Source of the DNA: a virus
Lineage: Duplodnaviria > Caudoviricetes
Virus record (IMG/VR): IMGVR_UViG_3300030708_000884
Coordinates: 1 to 30,700 of that record
Strand: one strand, 5' to 3'
Length of the DNA stretch: 30,700 bases
In this document: piece after piece, positions 17,101 to 25,827 of the stretch
Layout of the letters: each line of letters opens with the position of its first letter
Position numbering within the stretch: the stretch's first letter is position 1
Notes under the pieces: model-generated
Databases searched by the model: none
Seen by the model: only the letters and a program-made list of their open reading frames with translations
What the model was told of the DNA's origin: nothing
Translations under genes and position numbers: made by a program

Positions 17101-18116
17101 GGATCACAGGCAACGGACTTGCTGACAAAGAAAAGCAAGCTCTTCGACGCGATACAGGTTGGAAGCCTAGGTCTATTCGCCTTCCTGGTGGTAACTGGAT
17201 TAGCTACGATAACCTCGGCCCAGTGTCTAACTGGTTTGCCGCTGTAGCTGACGTAGCAGACAACATGGATTCACTGACTCCTAATGATGTTGGTGAACAA
17301 TTTCGTAAACTTGCATTTATTCTGTCAGCATCGGTTACTGACAAGTCATTTATGGCAGGTCTAGAGCCGTTTATGGACGTTGCTCGTGGCGATGTTGGTG
17401 CACTTACCCGTTGGGGTGGTCAGTTCATGGTCGCTGCAAACATGCCTTTGTCTAGTCAAATGGCTGAATTGTCACGTCTTATTGATCCAGGCTTGAAAGA
17501 AGTAGAATCAACTATCTTTGACATGGCACGCAATCGTCTGCCTTTGTTAAAAGGTCAGATTCCGCAAAAGTATGACTGGATTGACGGTGACCGCATTGGA
17601 TACCCAGACAAAGCAGGCAACATGTATGAAGGTTTCATGACTCGTGTCTGGAACAACTACATGCCTTGGAAAGTTAGCGGAAAAATTTCTGAGGAAAAAG
17701 AATTTCTGCAGATGATTGAGTATGACGCACGGCCTACGTTGCGTACAAACGGTAAAGGTGTGGAGTATACACCTGATCAAAGGTCTGAAATCACTAATAT
17801 CATGGGTAGAGAAGGCTTCTTTAAGGAAGGAATTAGGCGTGTGATGAACTCACAAGATGGCAAAGAATTCCGTAAAGCCTATATGCGGATGATTAACAAA
17901 GGAATGCCCGTCGATTTAGGTACTTATAGAAACATCCACAACAGATTAGACTTCGAGTTGCGCCTTGCTCAACGCACTGCAGCAGCTATGTCTTCAGATC
18001 TCGATGCCATACAACGCAAACAATATATCAACAGCACTGTTCAAGAATATCTGCAGTTCGGTATGGAAGATGAGGCTGAATTGTTTCTTGAAAAAATGGA
18101 AGATTTTTCCTACTAA
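14148..18116 (+). CDS. Large internal virion protein (gp16-like)
   Basis: 1322 aa, the last of three core genes before the tail fibre. Contains a PFLLFTKTPVN motif and an acidic low-complexity N-terminus. Confidence 0.72.
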   Translation: MNSFDNFTEGVPGRDLEYIEQQQAEEELRKQQETKTPEATASPEQPTTKQQPQAATAEEELEQKTFTEEDEDDQSAIEFIGEFAAAAPVGVLDFGADLLNLVPGVEVPKVPEFESEITQAVREMSSIIIPTIGLSGAGSIALAGRAASIANKASKAKFLVDPMVKKIGGMAFSAGTGAFVDYTVEINQNDDNLTGTLKQTWPRFYRWIPDDLATLPSDGADMKRAKNVTEGVYLGVGTDILVGAAKLANGLRGLTTEYIPKSEKAKGVAEAANAQQALSPEDAANFSAAKRSQAIDNIGEYNYNKALQKFDGDVELALSEPIYGVHDVYGAQEYVGRSVDGDVNIAAIDLWQTTTNKGGSVDGRVGSMITESFLKEGLELDRDMTIMLKGIGSQLKDVKMDVKFPNGDYATAAEIAKIGDERFAEYMELPFEQVKQLFMEDIRTSGIVDRDAGIEGLSAQGMETARKMIKKYTTDLMNLDDGKAEMYLATSLSGQVSDIAQGIRMTEDTPAIENASNLLIDRIEYLMALRGRSAYIRGRALNLTNMWNRMTQTGSKANQMAYAKRIDRIIKEEKNETLRAIDKIRLDAKQTTDILREVRKDQPEFFAPLIMAYEFTDGKVNTMASLNKFLKNSTATLSKSFIDRDPGTQSVILNAFWSNVYNSTLSAFGTPIKAGFSNIAGLIEKPIGAMIGGIALGDMQQVRRAQYQFAMNFEVLQDSLSYMSQVFKRSATEVNVADLQRENLIQKSERQIEILDAIAQAKSANGEEGAAVAVERIKMMNDLANHPWLRFGNRAMQALDGFTQNMIMHGEIRARAFDKVTQNGKLPFDEAKAAQHYAEIRKEMFDEDGLIKDRFVRYQSSELAMSLDNELTNSVSGMIQRMPMLKPFLLFTKTPVNDLILAKSYSPHNLFMKEYRDFRLKPTEVPADQVRELLMKRGLKDGDVAKMSMEEMYMKYGEIRADLYGRAAIGAMTVSAAIGLFMTDRITGNGLADKEKQALRRDTGWKPRSIRLPGGNWISYDNLGPVSNWFAAVADVADNMDSLTPNDVGEQFRKLAFILSASVTDKSFMAGLEPFMDVARGDVGALTRWGGQFMVAANMPLSSQMAELSRLIDPGLKEVESTIFDMARNRLPLLKGQIPQKYDWIDGDRIGYPDKAGNMYEGFMTRVWNNYMPWKVSGKISEEKEFLQMIEYDARPTLRTNGKGVEYTPDQRSEITNIMGREGFFKEGIRRVMNSQDGKEFRKAYMRMINKGMPVDLGTYRNIHNRLDFELRLAQRTAAAMSSDLDAIQRKQYINSTVQEYLQFGMEDEAELFLEKMEDFSY

Positions 18117-18133
18117 AAACAAAGTGAAGCTTT

Positions 18134-19681
18134 ATGGCAGTAACACAAAACACATACACAGGGAATGGTTCAAACACGAACTTTTCAATTACATTTGAAT
18201 ATCTAAAGCAAGCTGACGTCAAAGCAAGTATTGACGGCACTGCTACAACTGCATTTACTTTCAGTAACGCTACCACCCTTAGCTTTAATACTGCCCCCGC
18301 TAATGGGGCTGCTGTACGTATCTTTCGAGACACTGATATTAGCAGCCTCAAAGCTACATTCTTCCCCGGATCTGCAATCAAGGCGGAAGATCTTAATGAT
18401 AACTTCACCCAAAACAACTTTGCAACTCAGGAAACTGATAATGAAGTAATTGCCGCGAACACCACCGCCGCATCCGCAGTTACCACAGCAAACTCCGCAG
18501 TTACCACAGCGAATGCCGCAACGGTGACAGCCGGAAACGCCGTCACGACAGCAAATGCCGCGACTGCAACCGCAAATACAGCTTCCACAAATGCCTCGAA
18601 CGCGGTCACAACCGCAAACTCAGCTCAAACAACTGTCACAACTTATGTTCATGATGGTACAAACCCTGCTGGCGATGGTGTTGGTAGTAATCCTCAAGGA
18701 TTGGCATACGCTATCAACACGGCAAACACAGCTTCAACGAATTCGAGTAACGCGGTAACAACAGCAAATACTGCCGACACAAACGCTACAGCTGCTCTCA
18801 ATAATAGCAGAGAATCCGACGGCCAAGGTGGTTTTACATCAGCTATTAGCAAAAGTAATACAGCTATTACCACAGCTAATTCTGCAACCACAACGGCAAA
18901 TGCTGCTACAACCACAGCTAACGCTGCATCTACTACTGTCAGTACATACGTACATGATGGTACTAATCCGGCTGGCGATGGTGTAGGCGGAAACCCTCAG
19001 GGCCTTGCGTATGCCCTTAATCAGGCTTCTAGTGCTGTAGCAACGGCAAATGCTGCCTCCGCAGCCGTGTCTGCTGCCGCATTCTACACCCCAATTGCTG
19101 CTCTTGCAAACCTTCCTTCTAGCCCTGCTAATGGAGACCGTGTAGAGGTTGTTAATTCTACTGGTGTTGAAAGCAACAGTGCAGTATCTGGTGTGCCTTC
19201 TGGTTTTGTTGGATCTACTGACCTGACAATTCGCCTGCAATACAACTCTTCTACATCTAAATGGGCTTGGCAACAATACTTTGCTGCTGACCCTGAAAAT
19301 AGGTACGCCACTAGCTACCTGCCTGTAATCAAAGGTGATGGGTCGTTTAGTGGACAGGTCGGCAAAATTACGCTGAACTGCTCTAACAACAACCACGGTG
19401 TAGCTATCCAATCACCACCTCACTCTGCAGGTGCTACCTACACTCTTACACTTCCTACTGGCCTACCTTCCGTAGCCGGTCAATCACTTACATCTGATAC
19501 TTCAGGTAACCTCAGTTTTACAACTGTAGACGCAGCGTTCATGGAAACGCCGCAAACCCTAAATACCAGCAAAGTTATTGCTGCTAACACAAATGCAGGA
19601 ATGATGGGTCCGACAGTGACTCTCGCTTCCGGTGTAACTATTACTGTCGGTTCTAACTCTCGTCTTACTGTACTTTCTTAA
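18134..19681 (+). CDS. Tail fibre protein (T7 gp17-like N-terminal adaptor plus coiled-coil shaft)
   Basis: N-terminal YTGNGSNTNFSITFEYL..DVK...FFPGSAIKAEDLNDNF adaptor domain, followed by AVTTANx heptad repeats. Confidence 0.9.
   Translation: MAVTQNTYTGNGSNTNFSITFEYLKQADVKASIDGTATTAFTFSNATTLSFNTAPANGAAVRIFRDTDISSLKATFFPGSAIKAEDLNDNFTQNNFATQETDNEVIAANTTAASAVTTANSAVTTANAATVTAGNAVTTANAATATANTASTNASNAVTTANSAQTTVTTYVHDGTNPAGDGVGSNPQGLAYAINTANTASTNSSNAVTTANTADTNATAALNNSRESDGQGGFTSAISKSNTAITTANSATTTANAATTTANAASTTVSTYVHDGTNPAGDGVGGNPQGLAYALNQASSAVATANAASAAVSAAAFYTPIAALANLPSSPANGDRVEVVNSTGVESNSAVSGVPSGFVGSTDLTIRLQYNSSTSKWAWQQYFAADPENRYATSYLPVIKGDGSFSGQVGKITLNCSNNNHGVAIQSPPHSAGATYTLTLPTGLPSVAGQSLTSDTSGNLSFTTVDAAFMETPQTLNTSKVIAANTNAGMMGPTVTLASGVTITVGSNSRLTVLS
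18452..19080 (+). repeat. Heptad (21-nt) repeats and a duplicated 24-aa module in the tail fibre
   Basis: TCCGCAGTTACCACAGC at 18473 and 18494 (21-nt period). TYVHDGTNPAGDGVG(S/G)NPQGLAYA at 18641-18712 and 18944-19015. Confidence 0.88.
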
Positions 19682-19683
19682 TT

Positions 19684-20307
19684 ATGGCATACGGAAAAAT
19701 CAAAGCAGATGCGCTTATCCACGACAATGGTGGTTCAGATGTAGAAACTTCTATCTCTAGCCTAGCTGCTAAAGCTGGTCTTGCGTCTCCTACCTTTACT
19801 GGTACTCCTGCAGCTCCTACTGCGGCTTCTGGTACTAACACCACTCAAATTGCAACTACTGCCTTTGTCACGGCTGCTGTCCCTGACATCAGTGGTAAAG
19901 CCAATACGTCTGACATTGGAACTACAATCCAAGCATTTGACGCTGACACTGCAAAAACTGACGTAGCTCAGACTTTTACTGCTGCTCAACGTGGCGACAT
20001 TACTGAGCTTTCTGGCACATCTTTTACGCTCGACCTTAACGCAAGCAACAACTTCAAGCTTTCTCCCAGCGGAACGTTCACTGTTGCACTTAGCAACCTT
20101 GCTGCTGCTGCAGAAGGTCAGACTGGCTCTATCTTCATTGTCTATAGCGGTACGGAATCCGGTACGTTCCCTACCACGATGAAGTTTGTTGGTGGTGCAG
20201 CAGGCATCACTCTTACCAGCACGGCTGGAGCTATTGATCGTATTGATTACATCGTGATGAATAGCACTACTCTAACCTGCAATCTGACCACTAACTACGT
20301 CGCTTGA
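19684..20307 (+). CDS. Tail fibre-associated protein
   Basis: ASPTFTGTPAAPTAASGTNTTQIATTAFV fibre motif and a beta-rich C-terminal domain. Confidence 0.75.
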   Translation: MAYGKIKADALIHDNGGSDVETSISSLAAKAGLASPTFTGTPAAPTAASGTNTTQIATTAFVTAAVPDISGKANTSDIGTTIQAFDADTAKTDVAQTFTAAQRGDITELSGTSFTLDLNASNNFKLSPSGTFTVALSNLAAAAEGQTGSIFIVYSGTESGTFPTTMKFVGGAAGITLTSTAGAIDRIDYIVMNSTTLTCNLTTNYVA

Positions 20308-20310
20308 TAT

Positions 20311-23300
20311 ATGACAGTATTTAATAACGCTTTAGCAGGTGCCGCCGGTCAATCTGGCGGCGCTGCTGATTACAAGATTGAACGCAGCTTGCGTTTCCAT
20401 AGTGGTGACACTGGATTTCTCAATTTTTCCCCGTCATCTTCAGGTCCCCGCACGGCGTGGACTTTTAGTGCATGGGTAAAAAGGACAAAATTTGGAGTAA
20501 CAAACCAACCCATTTTCGGAGCACAAAATGGTTCAAATCGAGAATCATTGATTGCTTTCAATTCAAACGATTCATTGCGCTTTAGCGATACAGGGGATGA
20601 TCAATCTACATATAGAGTAGATTTGCATACGTCAATGAAATTTCGTGACCCGTCTGCGTGGTATCACATATGTGTTACTTGGGCGGCTAATCAATATCAA
20701 CAAGACAAAGCAAGGATCTATGTAAACGGCTTAGAAATTACAGCCTTTGACACTGAAACTTTTTCTCTCGGACTTCACGATAATTCTTATGTAAATGGTG
20801 CCAATGTCAATCATTATATTGGTAAATATGTAAATTACCAAAACCAGGCTACTTATGGTGATATGTATATCGCCGAGGCGCACTTTATTGCTGGTCGATC
20901 GCCTAACACTGCTACTGATGATGCTAGCGGCTCTGTCACTGGCACACCAAACGCTAAATACCTGACCGAATTTGGTGAATTTGACGAAGACACTGGTGTT
21001 TGGAATCCAGTTGAATATGACGGAACCTACGGAACCGGCGGATTTTACCTCGACTTTTCCGACAACAGCAGCAACGCTACGCTTGGTACGGATAGCAGTG
21101 GTAATAACAATACGTGGACGGTTAATAACATTACTGGTAAATTTACTGCAGGAAAGTTATATAAGTCTTCTACGCTTTATACAACTAAAAGCGACGTGAC
21201 ATCTAACGCCACACTTATTGATGGCGGTTCGTCTTTGTCTTCAGAGTATTTGTATTTTGTACCGAGCGGTAGCGAGACTACTGGATTACCAGTTTTTGAT
21301 GGTGGTGCCTATGAGTCGGGTACTAACAATATGGACTTTTTTTGGCACGATGGTTCCTCGTGGAATCATGTCAACGGTTCATATTGGGATGAAGAAGCGA
21401 CTGTGCTGACTTGGGGTACTGATTCAACTGTTTATCAGTTACAGTCTAACCGTGACTTTTATGTGCTTGGTGGAACCACTAATGCTTCGACTCCTGATGC
21501 ATGGAGCGGGAGTGCTCCTTCTGTTAGCTCAGGAGGAAAGCATATTGACAGTATGCTTGACTCTCCAACTAACTATGACGACGGAACAAACATCGGTGGG
21601 AACTACGCAACCCTTAACGGCTTAGATAATCCAGACGGTTTTACTCTTAGCAACGGAGCCTTAGAGACCACCATCAACACTAACACTGGCAACTCTGCTG
21701 CTAGCTCTATTATCATGACTACAGGTAAGTGGTATTGGGAAAATACTATTACTTGGAATGGTAACGATGGTGGTGCTACAGGCATTATCCGAGGTGGTGA
21801 TACTAATCCTAACTACAACGCAAGTAACAGTGGGGTACACGTTGGCGCAACTATTTTTAGTGTTGATGGAACTATTACCGGCAGCCAAACCCCAACTTGG
21901 GCAAGGCACAATATCCCCTTTGTAATTGGTCATGCTCTTGATCTAGATAACGGGAATATCAAGTTTTATTTGAATAACCAACTTTGGAAGACCGTTACGC
22001 TGCCAGCCTCTACAACTGGTTGGAAGGCGCATTCAAATTACGGCAGTTCAGGTGGATCAATGAAGTGCGAGTACAACTTTGGTGCACGTGGATCATTTGC
22101 CTTTACGCCACCAACTGGATATAAAGCACTCTGCACGCAGAACCTTGACGACCCGCTGATTGCCAAGGGTTCGGATCACTTTGATATTGAAACTTGGACT
22201 GGCACATCAGATACGAACTCGACACGATCGTTCTCAAATTTTTCGTTCAGCCCAGATTTAGTTTGGATAAAAGACCGTACAGATGCCAACCAGCACACTT
22301 TGTATGACGTTCTTCGTGGCGCAAGCACTAACAGCACCTCCAACGCGTTGATGAGTAACAGCGACGCTGCTGAAGGCACTCTCAATGACAATTCATTGTA
22401 TGGCTACTTGTCTTCATTTGATGCCAATGGTTTTTCTGTTTGGCGTGGTTCTGATGGTGCATATGTAGACAGAACTAATAACGCATATGTGGCTTGGGCA
22501 TGGGACGGCGGTGATTTAGCCACCAACAGTGCTTACAACCAAAGCCAGGCGTGGAGTTCTGGAACTTCTACTAACCCAACCCAGGGCAGTTGGGCTAATG
22601 TTTTTGCAAATTCGTTTTCATCAAGCTGGGCGGACGGAACTGATGCTTGGGTCTATAACTCTTCAGCTACCTTAAACTTTAGCTCAGCTCTTCCGACTGG
22701 TGCTATACAGGTTTATGCTACAGCTTCAGGCGCGTCTGCAACTGATTGCTACGTTTCATTCTCAGATGGGACAAACACTTATACAACTGGAAATTTAAGT
22801 GGTGTTAATCATGGTTGGGTTGACGTAGCGAATGGAAGCTCTCTTTCTGGCATTACAAGTGTCACAATAAATAGCGGTCCAAGCAGTAGCGAAGGTCTTT
22901 CTCTCAAAGCAATTAAGGTGGCAGGTAAGGAGTTGGTTGACGCTGGCCTCATTCCTGTTGGCAGCCTGAATACCGCTGTTTACGACCAAAGAACTACTTG
23001 GTCTAGTGGCCTGACAGCTGACGACCGATCTTTTAACTCTAGTTATCCAGCCACACAGTTCTTTGACGGTAACAAGACTACGTTTGCATCAACTGGTGGA
23101 TCAGGCGGTGGTAACTCTTCAGGTACTGTTGATCTAGGCAGCTATTTTCCTGCTTCTAATGGACCGTACAGGGTTGAAGTTGGATGCACTAGCGCAAATG
23201 CTACCGTTACTATCGGCGGAGTAGAGCACGACACTGCTGATGCAAGTAACCCTGCGATCAGAATCTGGACAAGTGTAGCTTCAGTACCTTCCATTGTTAT

Positions 23301-24093
23301 GGACGATCAGGGTGCGTTTGGCGGAAGTCATATCATTATTAATGGAAAACTGCTTGTGGACTATGGTGTGAGCGTTGCCAACGTACCATCAATCCCTTCA
23401 ACCGTTCGCGCCAATCCGACTGCTGGATTCTCGATTGTTGGTTTCACAGCACCTTCAAGTTCAACATCTTCATATAGCGTAGGCCATGGATTAAATGCTA
23501 CCCCTACATTTTGGATTTGGAAATCTAGAAGTGCAGCAGGAGGTTGGCAAGTTTACAGCACAGCACTTGGTGAAACTAACAACAGGTTAGCCCTTAATTC
23601 CACTGATGGTGCTTATAGTGCTTATCCTGGATCTGCCACAAGCAGCATAATCAATTTAAGCGATGGACCAACTGCTGCCTGGGGTGGAACAAATATCATT
23701 TATGCGTTTACGCCTGTCGAAGGTTATAGCGCCATATCTTCGTACACATCTACTGGTGGAGATAATTTCATTTACACAGGCTTCCGTCCTGCCTTCCTAA
23801 TTTGCAAGAAAGTTGTTAATTCATCTGATTCCAGCTACGAAAGTTGGATTATGTTTGATAGCGAAAGAGGTTCTTACAATATCAACCAAGAATCACTTTA
23901 TGCCAACAGAACCTACGTTGAGGGCAAGAGAGGTCAAGACGGCACGGTTACTAGCAGTGACTTTGGTGTAGATTTTCTTAGTAATGGATTTGCCTTCAAA
24001 AATAACGCTACTGAGTACAACAGGGCTGATTCGTCCACATATATCTATTACGCCGTAGCAGAAAACCCCTTCAAATACGCACGCGCACGCTAA
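20311..24093 (+). CDS. Large receptor-binding/tail fibre protein with LamG (ConA-like) and SPRY-like domains
   Basis: LamG-like IERSLRF...WTFSAWVKR...FRDPSAWYHI; SPRY-like GKWYWE...IGHALDLDNG; then FSPDLVWIKDR and YTGFRPAF, ending AENPFKYARAR as in cyanophage fibres. Confidence 0.82.
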   Translation: MTVFNNALAGAAGQSGGAADYKIERSLRFHSGDTGFLNFSPSSSGPRTAWTFSAWVKRTKFGVTNQPIFGAQNGSNRESLIAFNSNDSLRFSDTGDDQSTYRVDLHTSMKFRDPSAWYHICVTWAANQYQQDKARIYVNGLEITAFDTETFSLGLHDNSYVNGANVNHYIGKYVNYQNQATYGDMYIAEAHFIAGRSPNTATDDASGSVTGTPNAKYLTEFGEFDEDTGVWNPVEYDGTYGTGGFYLDFSDNSSNATLGTDSSGNNNTWTVNNITGKFTAGKLYKSSTLYTTKSDVTSNATLIDGGSSLSSEYLYFVPSGSETTGLPVFDGGAYESGTNNMDFFWHDGSSWNHVNGSYWDEEATVLTWGTDSTVYQLQSNRDFYVLGGTTNASTPDAWSGSAPSVSSGGKHIDSMLDSPTNYDDGTNIGGNYATLNGLDNPDGFTLSNGALETTINTNTGNSAASSIIMTTGKWYWENTITWNGNDGGATGIIRGGDTNPNYNASNSGVHVGATIFSVDGTITGSQTPTWARHNIPFVIGHALDLDNGNIKFYLNNQLWKTVTLPASTTGWKAHSNYGSSGGSMKCEYNFGARGSFAFTPPTGYKALCTQNLDDPLIAKGSDHFDIETWTGTSDTNSTRSFSNFSFSPDLVWIKDRTDANQHTLYDVLRGASTNSTSNALMSNSDAAEGTLNDNSLYGYLSSFDANGFSVWRGSDGAYVDRTNNAYVAWAWDGGDLATNSAYNQSQAWSSGTSTNPTQGSWANVFANSFSSSWADGTDAWVYNSSATLNFSSALPTGAIQVYATASGASATDCYVSFSDGTNTYTTGNLSGVNHGWVDVANGSSLSGITSVTINSGPSSSEGLSLKAIKVAGKELVDAGLIPVGSLNTAVYDQRTTWSSGLTADDRSFNSSYPATQFFDGNKTTFASTGGSGGGNSSGTVDLGSYFPASNGPYRVEVGCTSANATVTIGGVEHDTADASNPAIRIWTSVASVPSIVMDDQGAFGGSHIIINGKLLVDYGVSVANVPSIPSTVRANPTAGFSIVGFTAPSSSTSSYSVGHGLNATPTFWIWKSRSAAGGWQVYSTALGETNNRLALNSTDGAYSAYPGSATSSIINLSDGPTAAWGGTNIIYAFTPVEGYSAISSYTSTGGDNFIYTGFRPAFLICKKVVNSSDSSYESWIMFDSERGSYNINQESLYANRTYVEGKRGQDGTVTSSDFGVDFLSNGFAFKNNATEYNRADSSTYIYYAVAENPFKYARAR

Positions 24094-24108
24094 TTAAAAC
24101 ATTTAACT

Positions 24109-24642
24109 ATGCTTCAACTTAATGGTAAGACCTTGCGATATGGCAAGGCATTTGTTCATAACGGGATGCAATATCCCGCTAATTGGCTTGCGCTTACTTC
24201 TTTGGAGGAGAAGCAAGCCATTGGTATCGTTGAAGTCCCTGACGCCCCCGTGGCGTCTTGGGATCAGCGGTTCTACTGGGGTGTTGATAACCCCAAGGAT
24301 CTCGATCAACTCAAGGAAACCTGGACTGCAAAGGTCAAAGAAGCAGCAGGCTCCATGCTTAGCGAGACCGACTGGTATGTCGTTCGTCAGGCAGAGAACA
24401 GTGCTGCTGTCCCTGCTGAGGTTCTTTCCCGTCGTGGTGAGATCCGCACCCTGAGCAACGAAAAGGAAACTGCTATTGCTGACTGTGCAGACGTTGCAGC
24501 TCTTGCTGAGTACTGCACTAGCTCTGCCTTCTACAGCTGGGAACCGGCCCCTGAGCCCGAACCCGAGCCAACTCCAGAGCCCACACCTGAGCCTGAGCCT
24601 ACCCCCGAACCCACTCCCGAACCTACCCCCGCTGAAGAATGA
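24109..24642 (+). CDS. Putative tail fibre assembly/chaperone-like protein with Pro-Glu tail
   Basis: QYPANWL and LSETDWYVVR motifs; follows the fibre gene; C-terminal (PEPT)n. Confidence 0.65.
   Translation: MLQLNGKTLRYGKAFVHNGMQYPANWLALTSLEEKQAIGIVEVPDAPVASWDQRFYWGVDNPKDLDQLKETWTAKVKEAAGSMLSETDWYVVRQAENSAAVPAEVLSRRGEIRTLSNEKETAIADCADVAALAEYCTSSAFYSWEPAPEPEPEPTPEPTPEPEPTPEPTPEPTPAEE
24541..24636 (+). repeat. In-frame PE/PT repeat
   Basis: EPAPEPEPEPTPEPTPEPEPTPEPTPEPTPAE, with synonymous variation between units. Confidence 0.85.
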
Positions 24643-24806
24643 TCGCCCTTATCCGTCCACTTCTCTTCTCGTTTATTAACTCTGACAAAGTCAAGCGTTT
24701 GATTGTCGACCTGCTTACCAAACTTGCTGAGCAAACGGACAACTCTGTAGACGACGAAGCCGTTAAGTTTATCGAACGCGGTTTGTTCGGTGGACCCCTG
24801 GACTGA
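24639..24806 (+). CDS. Small conserved cyanophage hypothetical protein (55 aa)
   Basis: Translated by hand: MIALIRPLLFSFINSDKVKRLIVDLLTKLAEQTDNSVDDEAVKFIERGLFGGPLD. ATGA overlap with the upstream gene. Confidence 0.8.
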   Translation: MIALIRPLLFSFINSDKVKRLIVDLLTKLAEQTDNSVDDEAVKFIERGLFGGPLD

Positions 24807-25209
24807 GCCTCCAGTTCTCCCCTCTCTAACGCTTCCAGCAGCCCCTGAGCTGCCCCAAGCGGTACTGGAGGTACCAAGGGCTAAGCTACCTAGCTACAAG
24901 CCCCTTGTAGTGCCTCCTAGCGACCTTAGGCCACCGCCAGGTGTTAAAGGGGAGAACAAAGACAAAGCTCCAGACAAAACACCTAAGGCTAAAGAGGTAC
25001 AGATAATTGACGTGCCATTTACGGATGTAGAAGTCCCAATGCCGTCAACTGAAATTATGACTGCAGCTGCTACTACAGCTGTTATTTCTGTTGCTGCCAC
25101 ACTTACTGCTACTTCAGTTTTTAAATGGCTAGTAACACTAATGAAGCCTGTATTTAAGCAAGCATGGAGCAAATTAACGAAGAAGAAAAAGAAACAAAAC
25201 CCTTCTTAA
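24790..25209 (+). CDS. Pro-rich protein with C-terminal membrane anchor
   Basis: GTG start; Pro-rich N-half; hydrophobic TAAATTAVISVAATLTATSVFKWLV followed by a Lys-rich tail. Confidence 0.7.
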   Translation: MDPWTEPPVLPSLTLPAAPELPQAVLEVPRAKLPSYKPLVVPPSDLRPPPGVKGENKDKAPDKTPKAKEVQIIDVPFTDVEVPMPSTEIMTAAATTAVISVAATLTATSVFKWLVTLMKPVFKQAWSKLTKKKKKQNPS

Positions 25210-25484
25210 AAAAGGTTAAAGAACACGCGGAAAAGGATATAGAAATCCTTGGTACTTTTGTTCGTTTAGGTGTCGTAGTGTGGAGTGGGTTTATTATCAC
25301 TCTTAATTACGTCGACATTCCTATGATCAAAAAAGGTCAAAGTGGGGGCGACATTACCTTTGTTGCCTCTGTATTTACAGGCGCGTTAGCAACCTTTGGA
25401 CTTAATACTTCCAATAACAAAAACGGAAACGGAAACGGCAAACCTGTCAACTGTCCTATGCAAAAGAAAAAAGAGGATGCTTAA
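25164..25484 (+). CDS. Two-TM membrane protein (holin candidate)
   Basis: Two hydrophobic segments (ILGTFVRLGVVVWSGFIITLNYV; ITFVASVFTGALATFGL) with charged termini. Lies between the fibres and the small terminase, as the T7 holin does. Confidence 0.55.
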   Translation: MEQINEEEKETKPFLKKVKEHAEKDIEILGTFVRLGVVVWSGFIITLNYVDIPMIKKGQSGGDITFVASVFTGALATFGLNTSNNKNGNGNGKPVNCPMQKKKEDA

Positions 25485-25827
25485 ACTACTTTTCCTGATT
25501 CTCATTGCAGCTCCCGCTGCAGCCCAACAAGTTACGCCCAACTTTACTCAGGGCAGCATGCAATCCACTACTACTACCACCATTGACATCGAGCGAACTA
25601 TCGAAACCGAGATCATGGGTGGCGATTACAAGTCATGGTCTGGAACAAACGTAACCCCCAGTGGGGATATTTTAAGCGATTCCACAACCTATTCCGTAAC
25701 CAACGCGGGCGAACAGTTCCAACTGGAGACTGTCGTTCGGGATGCGGGAGTCGTGGAATCAATCAGCATCGACGAGGTCATCGAATCAACCTCCACCACT
25801 ACCTCGCTGTCTGTCTTCTCTCAGTAA
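25477..25827 (+). CDS. Secreted Ser/Thr-rich hypothetical protein
   Basis: Likely start ATG 25477; signal peptide MLKLLFLILIAAPAAA followed by QQVTPNFTQGSM. Confidence 0.72.
   Translation: MLKLLFLILIAAPAAAQQVTPNFTQGSMQSTTTTTIDIERTIETEIMGGDYKSWSGTNVTPSGDILSDSTTYSVTNAGEQFQLETVVRDAGVVESISIDEVIESTSTTTSLSVFSQ

Noticed and set aside
18452-19080. Repeats considered as a CRISPR array or DGR template/variable pair
   Set aside because: They are in-frame coding repeats with synonymous differences, have no spacers, show no adenine-specific variation, and there is no reverse transcriptase in the window.
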